Of a DNA stretch of 64,000 bases, positions 30,040-42,600 are shown in pieces (position 1 is the stretch's first letter; every line of letters begins with the position of its first letter). This DNA is from Oikopleura dioica. Taxonomy: Eukaryota > Animalia > Chordata. A program made the position numbers and the translations under genes. A model generated the notes under the pieces. That model saw only the letters and a program-made list of their open reading frames with translations, searched no databases and was not told the origin of the DNA. The stretch lies in NCBI GenBank assembly GCA_907165135.1, contig OU015567.1:14198001-14262000 (forward strand), written 5' to 3'.

Positions 30040-31334
30040 TTAAGACGCCTTGAGCTTAGTTTTGGGAATCGCCTTTGCAACGAGTAGACTTGAAAATGAG
30101 CAAAGCAGCGCAGAAGCAAGTAACGGACCCAGATCGCCAAAGGAAAGCAGAAACGCGTTCGCAAAGTCGCATAAGGATCGGCTGACTGCTGTGAGCGAAG
30201 TAACCGAGCCCATGATCGTGCCGCGGTTTTCGACCGGCGCGCGGGCGACGGTTAATTGCGTCAGGAGGATTCTTGAGCATTGTGTGAAGAAACAGTTGAT
30301 GAAGAGAACGGCGAGGAAAAGGAGCCAAAAGGAATTTCCCCACAAAAGTGCTAAAACAGTAGACTATAATTGGAAATGTTATATTCTTGTCTTACCTAGC
30401 GCTAGAACAGATGCAGCGAGACCAGCGCAAGTAAACAATTCTAGCTGCTTCAAATCGTAAGTTTTCGACAAATTTGGAATGATATTAGAAGCCAGAGCGG
30501 CAGAAACAGTGCCCGCCAAAGAAGTGTAGGAAGTGAGCATTCCCGCTCTGACAGGGCCGAAAGCGCGCTCCGAAAGAATCGGCATCACGAATCGCGCCAT
30601 CAAAATCGCCATTGTCAGCATCAACCGCAGCAGACACAAGTCCCACATTTTCAACAATTGCGACACTGTCGATTTGATTCCCGGCTGCTCTTTCTTCGAT
30701 TTTTCTTTCTTTTGCGAAATCGAATTATTTTGTTCGACGAAGAAAAAGACGAGCGCTGCGTTCATTACGAAAATGAGCGATGTCAGCTTGGCGCAGATGT
30801 AAAATCCATCAGTTGGAAATGATTCTCGGATGAATCCACTGATCATTGGGCCGAGGATGAAGCCAGCAGAGCCGATGGAGTTGAAAAGGCCGACCACGCG
30901 TGCTCGATTTTCTTCTGTTTCTTCGTTTACGATAACGAGACGGGAGAGTTCTTGCGTTTGCTAGAATACAAATTCGATTCAAAACTGATGGTTTTCATTG
31001 TACCTTTGAGCCACCAGCAATGATACGCGCGAGGATGAGAATTGCCAAGCCGGTCCCTTGAGAAAGTAGATAGTAAGAGAATGACGAGATCAGCAAAGAG
31101 CAAATAGTGACATTTCTAGTGCCATAACTATCCGCAAGTCGCCCGAAGAAAGGTTGAGAGAACAGCTGGGCGATGCCGTAGATAGAACCCACCCAGACGA
31201 CGTTATTTTCCAAGAAGTGACCTTGAAGAAATTAAATTAAAACTGTCTAAGCGTTTAATTGTACCAGAAAGAGAAGGAACTATAAGGGAGACTGCAAAGA
31301 GATCGAAGAAGGCAACGAAGTAAATCGCTTTCAT
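30040..31334 (-). CDS. MFSD9: Major facilitator superfamily transporter, MFSD9-like
   Basis: YFVAFFDLFAVSLIVP, GSIYGIAQLFSQPFFGRLADSYGTR (MFS motif A), VGLFNSIGSAGFILGPMISG, FYICAKLTSLIFVMNAALVFFF. Confidence 0.82.
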
Positions 31335-31489
31335 TCTTCACGATTTCGATTCGTTTCAGTCTAAAATTCATTCGTTCAAAAATCGTAATTCACAATCTCT
31401 TCAGAAGAGCTCTGATTCACTGTTCGTTTCCATAGGAACGTTCCTTTTTTCGACAAGGGAAAGTGATCTTCAAGATAAAAGTCTGAACG

Positions 31490-32142
31490 ATGACACAAGA
31501 GGTTCTTGATTTTGGATTCCGAGATTTAGAGACTCTCGAGGATTTTTCCCTTGAAACGAAAGGTATTTACGACGATTCGGAATACGCTAAAAATGATGAA
31601 GGACTCTACACAGCAAATAAATCGCTGCGCTTACGGTATATTGTTCTTTTGGTGATCTTGGAGATAGTTTTCTCTAGGAACAATCAGCTAGCCTCGATTG
31701 ACGGACTCTCTGAGAAACTGTCGACGATGATTGTCGATCACACAGCACTACAGTGGCTCGATTTGAGCTTCAACCAAATCGCAAAGATTGGAAACAGCTT
31801 CAACGATCTGGTTTCGCTAAAAGTGCTCTATCTTCATGGGAACAGTATAAGGCCCGGCTACAGTTTAGTAAATCGATAACGGGAAAGGAATGAATAGTTT
31901 TCAAATTCAAAAATACTAATGAGCATTTCCTAGCCTCAAAAAGTCAACTGAAAGAAATTCAACATCTAAGTCGCCTCCCTCTTACAAAATTAACCGTCCA
32001 CGGCAACCCGATCGAAACTCAATCAGCGTACAGAAAATACATTCTACAGCTGCTTCCATCGCTAGTAAAGCTCGATTTTGCTGCAGTTACCAAGGCCGAG
32101 CGCAAAGATATCAGCCACAATCCTCTCAAAAGAATCAAATAG
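31490..32142 (+). CDS. LRRC51: Leucine-rich repeat protein 51
   Basis: LDFGFRDL, LQWLDLSFNQI, LKVLYLHGN, LTVHGNPIETQSAYRKYILQLLPSLVKLDFAAVTKAER match LRRC51. Confidence 0.88.
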
Positions 32143-32229
32143 CTCGATTCTAAAATATTCGTAAAATAAAATTTCGTCAAGCAATTTATTATTTATACAA
32201 GCGCGGAAATCAAGGAAGAAAAAAAGTCG

Positions 32230-33938
32230 TCATCCAACAATCCCGCCGTGAGATAGTTCTCTTAGAAACATCGTTGCATAAGTTCCTTTGCCAAGCTGAA
32301 AAGAAATCGTATTCTCTTCTTCTTGCCTCACATTTTCCGCTTCCACGATTATTCTTCTAGAGCCATTCATGCTCTCCAAACTCATTCCTATCTTCCCCAG
32401 TCGTTTGTTTATCAGCTCTTTTGAGAATTCTACACCGGGGGCAATCTGTTTCAGCTCAGCAAGATACAGTTCAAAAACTGAATCAGAAGCGCTTCCAATG
32501 AAATCGAGCTCATCAGTTTCAACCCTGTTGCACAAAATGTTCCAAAGCAAACTCCCAGTCGCATGAAGCATGAATTTTTTCTTCGTCAGTGGAACCAGGT
32601 TCCAAGAGAAAACGGCTTCTTTTGACTTTTGAAAGTTCTTGAAGAACAAGGATTTGTAGCTTGTTTTTGGCTCTCGTTGACATTCTTTCTCAAGAGTCGA
32701 GTCTTCGGGAATGAGGGCAAGAATCGCTTCTTCAAATTTTCCGCAAAGAAGTAAAATTCCAGCTTTGACCTCTTCTCCCTTTCCGAATCTTTGCAGCCCG
32801 AAGTAATTGATGAATGAATTCTGATGAATTGGACCAAGTTTCTCTTCAGACTCGATTTTGATTTTGAACTGATTCGCCTCCAATTCGCCGATGCTCAAAT
32901 GCCGATTGAACTTATGCACTTCCAGGAGTTCTAGGGACGAAATGGTTGACAGGGCCTTTTTGATTTCGTCTTCTGGGCAGTTTTTGATGCTCAAGTATTG
33001 AGTTGTCACAGCGATTGCGTCTTTTGTACCAGCATACGCGATGTCGATTTCTATAACAACATTCAATAGATCCTATCAGTTGAAAAACTGCCATTTTTCT
33101 ATATTTTTACCTCTTATTCTCATCTTCCTGCTCAATAGACGGAGAAATTCATTGTGCTCCAAGCCAGTCTTCTGAACCTTGACCAGATGAAAAAACTGCT
33201 CTTGTTTCGGTGGGATACAAATTTCAAAAACATTTCGCTCTTTGTCATAATCAGATCGCCCGAGTTTCCCCATTTTCTTCTTTATAAGAGCGTGGAGTTT
33301 AGTACGCACATTCTTGTCGCAAAAAGAAGGATCGGTGACTTCAACTTTCTTTTGATTGACGATGCTCAGGCGGAATATTTCGCAGCAGTTTTCGAAGCTA
33401 GTCAGCTTTTGGAATTCTCGGAAAAGCGGTGCTTCTGCAAGCAAAAAATAACCACTGCCGCTGTTTTCCGGCTGACTAACGGGTTTTATCGAGAGCTTTG
33501 GTAGAGATGAAAATCTTGAAAATTCGTGGAAAGCGAGAAAAATGAAAAAGTGAAAATTTACAACTCTGGCCAGGGAAATCTTTCTCCGACTAATTTGTAG
33601 TGAAACTCTCGTTCTTCTAGCACAGGAAGAGGAATTCGAAGATCTTCTTTTCTTCCATCATTTTCTGATTTCAGCGCCTCTTTGATTCTTTCTGAAAATC
33701 CTTCAATCGACGAGATCAACACCTCTTCTTTATCCTTTGAGATTTCTACCGATTCGATCTTTCGTTTCTGCTTCTTTTCTGATCCTGATTCAATGATCGC
33801 CTGGTCGATAATTTCGGTAACGATGAAATCTTCTGGTCGAGATTTGATTCTTCCTTTGAAGATTTTTCTTTCATTGTTGAAGAAATTCTTGATTCCAAAA
33901 TTTGGCGGTATTGTTACAGTTACTGTCGATTTTTCCAT
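32230..33938 (-). CDS. PUS7: TruD-family pseudouridine synthase (PUS7/PUS7L-like)
   Basis: FKGRIKSRPEDFIVTEI, AGTKD (catalytic Asp motif), FINYFGLQRFG, FQLGKGTYATMFLREL. PUS7 versus PUS7L not resolved. Confidence 0.85.
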
Positions 33939-34210
33939 ACTAAAGGCTTTACAAATTAGCTAAATGTCCAAAAAGAGCAGGTTTAGTAGGTCAAGATTGA
34001 GTTTATTCGTCAGGAACTCAAGGAGATAAATAAATAAGTAGCATTAGACAGTCGAAACTTGCGGACTATTCACAAATTTCGAAATGTTTTGGAAGTGATT
34101 GGATTTTTCGTGAGCGGGATTAATATGAAAGCCTAAAGAAGGAAAAAGGGGAAGATTCTAATAAGAATAAGCGCACCACTAAAGCGTACAATAGTATCAT
34201 TTTCGTAAGC

Positions 34211-34899
34211 TTAGTTTTTCTTGGTTCGGAGGTCGTTAATCAGCTCGTCGAGCTTTTTAATGTCCCACGAGTCCATCCGCCGCTGGTTGGAGGAATAGTC
34301 GGTGAACCAGGTATTGTGCGCGGCGGTGAAAAGCGCATGGAACCAGCTTGGTGAATCCAGGCCCTTGATTCCGGGCTTGTCGTCGATCAGCAGGTCGCCG
34401 CGGACGATTGTCTTGTCCTTGGTCAGCATCAACTGGGAAACTGCTTTCTTTCCGAGGTGTTTTTCGACCCATTGGTATTTTTCGGTCACGCAGAATTTGT
34501 AGTTCGTAATTGGCGCCGAGCAAATCACAACTAAAATAAAGCTTTTAATCAATATTTTAATTGAATATAACCTTCAATATCCTCTCGACTGTTGAGATAT
34601 TCAAATGCTTCAACGGCTCCTTTCACTGGAGGAAGATTCAGGAACCAGCCTTCTTCTTCGTAGACCTCGTTCGGGTTCGTTATTCCGAGCTGGTTCTTGT
34701 AATCGTTTCGAACCAAGAATTCTTTGCGTTCTTCGAGAGGGATGAATGGTCGACCTGGCCATTTTTCTTGGTAGGTTTTCAAGAAAGTCGCTAAAGTTAA
34801 AATCAAAAATAAGGTAAAAATAGGTTATTTCTTACGTTCCCAATCGCACAAAACACCGTCCATATCAATCAGAACTCTGAACTTCTTCGTCTCCGACAT
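34211..34899 (-). CDS. NT5M: 5'(3')-deoxyribonucleotidase (HAD family)
   Basis: RVLIDMDGVLCD, FLNLPPVKGAVEA, VICSAPI, EKYQWVEKHLG, LTKDKTIVRGDLLIDDKP, LFTAAHN. NT5M versus NT5C not resolved. Confidence 0.92.
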
Positions 34900-35194
34900 T
34901 TTCTCTTTCTTATCAGCAACTAATCCGTGCTTTTTCTAGCGTTTTGTACTTCTCGAAAGGGCGATTCTTCCTCAAGCGTCAAGCGACAGCGCTGATTGGC
35001 CCGATTCTTTCCTTCAAGAGATTTTTGGACTGTACCCAGAAATTCCGGCAATCCAGGTTACTGTAGTACTCACTTCTTTTATAATCGGGAAATGGAATGG
35101 TATTTAAATTGAGACATTTTTCAATTGAAAACTGGTCTTTCTAAATAATAAAATTCAATAATTCAGAATTTTATGGTTTTTTTCTCTTCAGAAA

Positions 35195-38100
35195 ATGTTT
35201 CGAAATCGAGTCACTCAAATCATCAGAGCTGCATCTTCTAAGCCCGAGAAAATCTTTTCCTCTCAACTTTCAAAACTCTCAAAAGGCGAGAAACTAACGC
35301 AAGAATTGCAAGTTCTCCAGTTCGACGAAAAGCGCGATCTCTTCAGAAGAAATCGAAAGAAGCGCGTTCAAACTCGAGATTTGGAGAATCAATACGACTT
35401 GCTTCAGAATTTGGAGAGAACAGGAATTATCAGAAATCACTGGCCACTGCATGAAGCGAAGAAGATCAATCAATGGGTTAACAATCACGCGAGGAAGATT
35501 GTTGTTGTTTTTGATGTTTCAAAGGCGTTTACGATGAGAGATGCTGTTTCAGGTAAGAACTTTTAGTTTGAATCCGAACCCTAGCCTGGCTCAGCAAACT
35601 CTGTAGAGAACCTGAGTAAGCCTGAAATATCGTATGAAAAGCCGCATAGTTTTAAATTACCTTTCCAGTCTATTTTTAGATTCTGGTGATCCTTCAGGCC
35701 CTGACTAAGGTTTTATTCACAGAATGCCGAGCCCAGATCCGGCTAACCCGATTTTTCAACGCTCTTTTCTGAATGATATTATTAAAATTATGAGACAGTG
35801 ATACTAAATAGTCTATTAACAAGAAGTTTTTATACTCTAAACAAGACTACGCTAGTATGCTAGCATTTGTTTAAAAGCCGATAGCTATCGTATCCACCGG
35901 CATCGTAAATTTGCGGCATTAAAACATAACCGACGTCTTCTTGTAGGGAGAAGGAGATGCTGTAACTTGACATGTTCATGTGTAGTTCAAGAAACGCATC
36001 TTGATTCCGCCCAAAAAGCATCATCCGGCCATGACTGTTGATTAGGAAGTTGTAATCGAAGTAAAAGTTCCATTTTCCAGCGAGTACAGAGTTAGACTGA
36101 ACGTCCAGATTTTGACCTCCCATGTATATCCATCGATCTTTTTTAGGTCAAATAAGTGAAAATACCGTTTGAACTTGAAAAATTTAAGTAAGCAAAAAGA
36201 CCAGTTCCGAGAGTGTATCTATAGACGACTATCCACAAGCTGTATTCTTGCTTTTTCGTTGCAACAATGAAAAAATTCACGCCTGTTTTATCTGCAATCG
36301 GCACTGTATCTTGTACGTCCGTAAATATGATCTGGCAATTTTCATCGTGTGAAAAAATCACACTATTCCCCATGCATTTATTTCCCCAGGAGGAGTAGGA
36401 CCACTCTTAGACATCTATTTACCGTTCTTTCAAAAAGCGCGAAGGTTACCTTTGTCGTTTACACTTGACAAAGTAGCCCAACGTAGGTTCATTTCCTCAA
36501 AGTTTTTGAAAATCAGAAACACTTTTCCTTTCCATGAGTACATGTGCGATCTTCCAGAGACAAAATGTCTTAGTTTTGGTCTAAGGCTGATCGTTCGCTT
36601 GTGAATAGAAGGATTCACGTAGAAGCATTGGTCAGCAGAACTCACTGGAGCACATAAAATAATGAGTCTTTGTGAATCCTTCTCAAGCCAGGCTGAACCT
36701 GTGACTGATGATCCACCGGGAAAGTTGAATTTGTAAAACATGCGCCTAAACTTTTTTCACATTTCTAAAGTGGAATTTACCCCGCTCGCGGTGGTGGAAT
36801 ACGAGGGATGAGTTTTTCCCCGGTGAACTCTGCAAAGCCTCCCTTGTAGCTGATCAAGTAAAACTTCCCCTCAAACAAAACGCTTGTCATTCGCATGTAG
36901 TAATACCAACAATCAAATCCGTAATCGTTTAGGGTGCTATCAGTCCATATCATTATATTATTATCCGAAAGTAGGCCAGTTTGATTCATACATTTTGTCT
37001 CTTCAGTTTGGCTAGAAAAGTCATGAATACAGACTTTTGGAATCTCTCTCCGACGGAATTTTTGCACATCTTGAACTACTTGCAGCCCTCTTTTTCCTTG
37101 CTTCGTACATTTGAAGTAAGGGCAAGGGCAGCCTTTTGGGCATAACGAAGCAAACGGACAGACTTTCGATGAAAGCTCCTCTTTTTCGTCTGCCATCGCG
37201 GCGCACAAAGTAAAACATTCAAGAGCATTTCCGCATAGTCCCTCGCATATTTTTCTGCCATAGAAAAATTGCTGATTGCAGGCTCGGACATTCATTTTCT
37301 GATCTATTCCTGAAAACACTTCTTCTTCGATCGCTGGTCTCTCTTCCAGAATTTTTTGATCTCTTCGGTTGGCTGGATAAACTCCCCTTTTGCTCGGCAA
37401 TGGTTGAATGAAAGAGTACAAGGGTCATAAATGTGATTCTTCAAACACGCTCGGTATTGAATATTGCAGTCTGAAACGACAACGTTTAATTTTTCGAGGC
37501 CGATATAGTTCGCTATTAGAACTATTGTCATCCAAAATATACTCCCAAGTCCGACAAAGATGATTTTCTGTTTTGTTGTCGCATTTCCACTAAAATAAAA
37601 CTAAGAGTAACTCTGAGATATCCTTCTTACTGAGGCTCGAGGTAGCTTTTATCATCGTATTTTTCATAAACCACGGGAAATTTTGGGACGAGGAGAACTT
37701 TATCATCTCTCAATATAAGCTCCCCCACGCAGTTACAGTCCAAGCACTTTTCTAGTGATAAAACATTGAATAATATGAATCTTAAAATATTAAAAAAATC
37801 ACCATCCTTGGCTCTCATTCTCTTCTTGTCAAGTAAAACTGCTTCGTTTTTTACGTAATATTATTTCGTCTTCGGGATGAGTACGGAAGGTCGGTAACTC
37901 ACATGTCACCTATTTTATAATGACAGATGTCAAACATGGTATTTCAAAGGTCTTTTTTGAACGCTTTTTGTTCTTGAGCTCTTTGCCTCTTTTTCATTCC
38001 ACATCAAAAACTGGCCTTTCAAAATTTTCATTCAGTGACAGCTCTTCTTCTGGCAGGCGAATTAGGCCACAAGCCATTAATTCTCCTTGACGATCGAAAA

Positions 38101-39443
38101 ATCCGCAACAGAAAAGCACACCGCTCGGCCGTAGAATCTATTCTTCGCCCAGTCGCCCGAATCTACAAAAACTTTCTTCTTTCTTCCTGGTTCCCCAAGT
38201 CAAAGTATTACAATTTTCCAGAAATAACATTCCGACTTGCTTCAAATTCAAAAGATGACTTTAAAAATGTCAAAAAATTAACAAATGAACTGGTTTCGGA
38301 CGAAACAGCAGAAGCTGCCGCCGTAATTTCAAATCTTAATCTTTCTGGTACGAAATCATTCTTTCCCAAAGCCTTATTTTATTTTAGACGGGGCCTATGT
38401 CTTTCTGATCGACGACAGAAACACAACTTTCACTCAAGAAGCATTCGAAGTCGCAGAAATTATGAACGAATTTTCGCCCAAAAAAGCCCTTCGTTCGAAT
38501 ATCTGGTTTGAATTGGATTCCTCGCTATTCAATGATTTTACAGAAGACTATCTTTTGAATGAAGAAGTTCAGCCGTATGGAGTCAAAGATTTCATTTGGA
38601 AGCGATTGTATAAAGAAGATAAAGAAGGCTGCAAGAAGATTCTGAGGAAACTGACGGTAGCGAACGAAGATCAAATTAAGAGGCATATTATGAATGTTCA
38701 AGGTTTGGTCCGATACCCTAATACAGATAATAACGATTATTTGCTCAAAAACTCGTTTATTTCCAATTTCAATAATTATCAGACCATTCTACGAGGCGAA
38801 ACCCGTCGCGAACTAGGAATCAAGCTCTCCAAAAACAAGCTCCTTCATCAAGTCACAGATGAAATCCTCAGGTCCCTCCTAGGAGCGGAAGAAGTGGAAC
38901 ACGCGCGACTGACGCATCTTGCTCTGGAAGGCGATTTTAGTGCGATTTCTGTGCTCGATGACGATCAAATCGCGCTGATTACTGCGAAAGTCGATACATA
39001 TGATTGGAAAAAGCAGGCGGATTATTCATTCAGAGAATTTTTAATTGAATCTGGTAAGGATTTGGTAAGAAAAAAAAAAGACAACCAGAAAATTAAGGGC
39101 TTATGTCTTCAAATGAAATCGACGCTGAAGAAAAGCTGTGGCGATCAGTAAAATCATCTCGTCCAAGAATCAATGGAATCCCTATTTCTGATGCGGATCA
39201 AATTTTTATCTGGGACTGGATGATTCTTCCGAATAACTTAAGTTTCGTCAATTTCAAGGTAAAAATAATTCCTTGTTTTTTTTTCCTACAACTGCTTCCT
39301 AGGGCGAAACATTCGCAATAAAATGGTTTGACGATGAGAGAGTTGAGAACTTACGAGAAGAACATGGAAGATTTTTGAAAGAAAAAATTGATTCTGTAAA
39401 ACATTTATCTGGCTCTAAATCTGACAGAATAAAAGTTCTATGA
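35195..39443 (+). CDS. Mitochondrial tyrosyl-tRNA-synthetase-like protein lacking catalytic motifs (putative pseudo-synthetase)
   Basis: Exons 35195-35552, 38036-38350, about 38389-39052, about 39097-39258 and 39303-39443 join in frame via GT-AG introns. Presequence-like N-terminus; DLLQNLERTGIIRNHWP, KIVVVFDVSK, GHKPLILL, QVTDEILRSLLGAEEVEHAR..LAL and LIESGLMSS...RING...GETFAIKW align colinearly with YARS2/bacterial TyrRS including the S4-like domain. Confidence 0.78.
35860..37818 (-). CDS. Cys-rich, probably membrane-anchored protein with propeller-like repeats, nested antisense in the 2.5-kb intron of the TyrRS-like gene
   Basis: Hydrophobic IIFVGLGSIFWMTIVLIANYIGL; C-x-C modules (CNIQYRAC..C..C; CEGLC..C..C...CPFASLCPKGCPCPYFKC); MTSVLFEGKFYLISYKG and YSWKGKVFLIF strands. 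Frame break near T6 at 37352-37357. Confidence 0.65.
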
Positions 39444-39651
39444 CCAGATTTAAAAACATCTTGAAATTCTTGATGAGTACTGAACATGTTTTTAAAGATT
39501 TCACGACCATACGTACCGTTCTTGGGAACGAGCCAGGTCTTTACTTCAAGAATTTTTTTGTGCGAGAACTTTTAATGTATTTGCACCGTGAAAAAAATAA
39601 GTGCTATAAAGAGAACCGCATCAGGCGAATGCGGCAGTTTCAAGCGATCAA

Positions 39652-42600
39652 ATGCACAGGAAACTCGCCTTTGCCTCCCTAGTGGGCGCAATTCTGGCGC
39701 AAGAGAATGTCCCACTCTGTAAGTAACCTGTATTCTTAAATTTATTGACTCTATTTGTTAGCCGGGGTGAGCATAGACGCTTATGCGTCCGATGAATATT
39801 GCCAGAACAACTGGGGAAATTGCGGTAGCTGTTGGACCTGTACCTACTCTGCTGACAGTAATGGCGTCGTTGGTGGCGCGGATTGCTTCAATGAGGATGG
39901 TGGAGATGCGATGAGCGTGGACCAAGTTCGGCTTCGAAAGCAATATTGCATCAATGGCACTGATAGCAGTGTCTACGAAGGAAATATAAATGAATTCGGT
40001 GTCATGGAATGCGATGGAACTGATGAAGAATACATTAGCTACTGTTCCGTTTACAATCGAATGCGCAGGTCGAGTAATTATTGGCTTTTCACGATTACTA
40101 GAAGCGTTGTGGCGGTGAAAAGATCGAACGAAGACAAACTCCCATTGGTACAACCAGGCGTCGGATATCCAGTGTATTCCTTTTGGAATGCAAAGTCTGT
40201 TTGTCGTGGTGACGACTGTAATGACAGAACTATCAATCAGAAAAATTCTGACCTTGAAGAGTATGAACCTGGCACCGGTGGTGGTGATATAGATGGAAGC
40301 GGCGGTGGAGATATTGATGATCTAGGGACCAACACTTGTTTTGTCTGCGCGGACTGCTGGGAAACAACTCTTGTCGATCCCATAACGTGCCCAAAAGATT
40401 ACCCCTATTGCCACATAACTGTCACAGGCACATGGGATGCGACAACGGGGATTTCCAGAAATTGCTCCAACCAAGATCTAGGAACACTTCGTTCTGATAC
40501 TCTCACAGATCAGAGTGAAAGGAACATCTGTGAACCGGGAAATGTTCCGTGCAACGCTTTCAACATGCCCTTCAACTACATCGAAGATCTTCCTATCCCG
40601 AGTCGTCAAGACTTCTCCCGACCTTTGGGCGAGAACGAGAAGAAATTCATGTGCGGCGGATTGGAGGACAATTGCATCAGTTGCTACACATGTGTAGATA
40701 GCTCGGATCCTTTCAATTCTTGCACGACGATGCCAGAATATAATCAACCAGAACCACCTACTTTTCTGCGAGTTGTCTACGACTCAGATGCTGGTGTATT
40801 CTTGCAAAATGTATGTACGTTGACTGTCCTTAGATCCGTCTCTGGAGAAGGTCTTCCAGAAGTAATGATAAAACGAAATGTTGTTCAAGTCAAAGTCGAT
40901 CAAGACGTACCGGCTTACATAAATGACGAGACAGTATCAATAATTGGTTGCAGCGGAAACTACTGCAATGGAAATCTTCGGGATCGGCCAAATACTGACA
41001 CGCAATGCTTCCGTTGTCAAGCAAATTCGACCTCTGATCCGACAAATCCTTGTATTACAGGAGATTTGGACGCTTACGAAGATCCTGCCGTCAGATGTGC
41101 GAGTGGTCTTTGCAAAACTGTAACTTATGGAGAGATCATCCGAAGAGATTGTGCGACCCAAGAAGATTTTTGGACTGGATCCATCATCCGGCGATGTCAA
41201 TGTGACTTCTGGTAGTGCTACTTCTTTTGCCTGCAGGACAAACGGATGTAATGATGTGTACGTCGATGCAGCTCATACGATAAGAGTGGATACAGACTTT
41301 GATAATGAAATTTCTTTCGAAAACATCGATCCACAACGTGTTGAAGCGCTCGATACTTGCAGTGAAAATATGTGCATCAAGTGTAAAACTTGCAGCGTCA
41401 CTCTCAACCAAGACAGTGAAGACTTCGAAAACTGCGTCAAAGGAGATGTTACTGAATCAAAATGGTACCCAAAATACGAAAATGGGCTCCCAGTGGTTTG
41501 TGCAATTCTCAAGAGCCAAGAAGACTACAGTGTTACTTTTTATGGCGAGTTCAAATATTCTCTTGAGCGTGGCGCCATCACAAAAGTGAATCCAGGTAAT
41601 AAACGCATTGATTTTACTTTTTAAATTTCCGTTTGAAAAAGAATGATTCCGTCGTAATTCAACTCTTTCTTCAGCTCATTTCTACAACTGGAACGAAGCC
41701 AAGCTTGAGACCCGGCAAGATACCGTTGTTTCTTGTGTCGGAGATAAATGCAACGGACTATCTGCTACATCTCTTCCTGTTCGGCCGATTCAAGCTCCAA
41801 GGAACGCACAAAGAACGAATTCAACGTGTTACTCTTGCAGCTCAGATGAAATCGGCCCTTGTTTTTATGATCAGTCCGATATTGGCGAATATGCTTCAAC
41901 GACAACATGTACTGAAGGATGTCAAACTCGTTTCACTATGAATCGAAAGAAAAATCCTCTCAGTTTCTTTGGCGATTCCGAATCTCGGGTCACTCGAGGT
42001 TGTGGCGACGAACCATTGAAAGTGAGTACCCAAGAACTTTGGGCATGTATCGGTCACGATTGCAATTACTTTGACGACCCAATGCTGCCCGAACGCCAAC
42101 TTCCAAATGATCCGATTCCCAACGATGTGGAAGAGGTATTTTGTGCTCAGCAAGAATGCATTGAGTGTCAACATTGTGTCCATATTTTCATCTACTCTGA
42201 TCCTCGTCAGAAGGGCTATCCATGTGGCCTTCGAAAATTCAGACGATTCTATAAGCTTGGAGATCAGACAATCGAAAATGTGTGCACAACCGATTTTGGG
42301 CTTCGCGAAGATGGTGGATGGAGTCGAGTTGGCTTCATTGAGCACAAAGTGACACCAAAGCCGATGAGTACGGAGCTAGAAGAATCAGTTCTTCTTGAAA
42401 ACGAGAAATACACCATTAATACTGTCCTAAGCCAAGCGGAAAGTGCCAGTGGCTGTCCTATTTGTGTCGAAGGGGGTTGCAACAATGTTACTGTTTTCAA
42501 CAACTGCGCTGTCGAAGACATTTGCGCCTCCGTCGTGACTACTCGTCTATCAGACGCCGAAACAGTAGTTATTCAAAAATGCGCGACACCACAGCAGATT

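Noticed and set aside
31848-31950. Possible GG-AG or GC-AG intron in LRRC51
   Set aside because: A canonical GT-AG solution (AAC A|GTATAAG...CCTAG|CC) also keeps the frame.
39440-39682. 80-aa ORF after the TyrRS-like gene
   Set aside because: Overlaps the start of the LU-repeat gene in another frame and has no motif; probably UTR or promoter.
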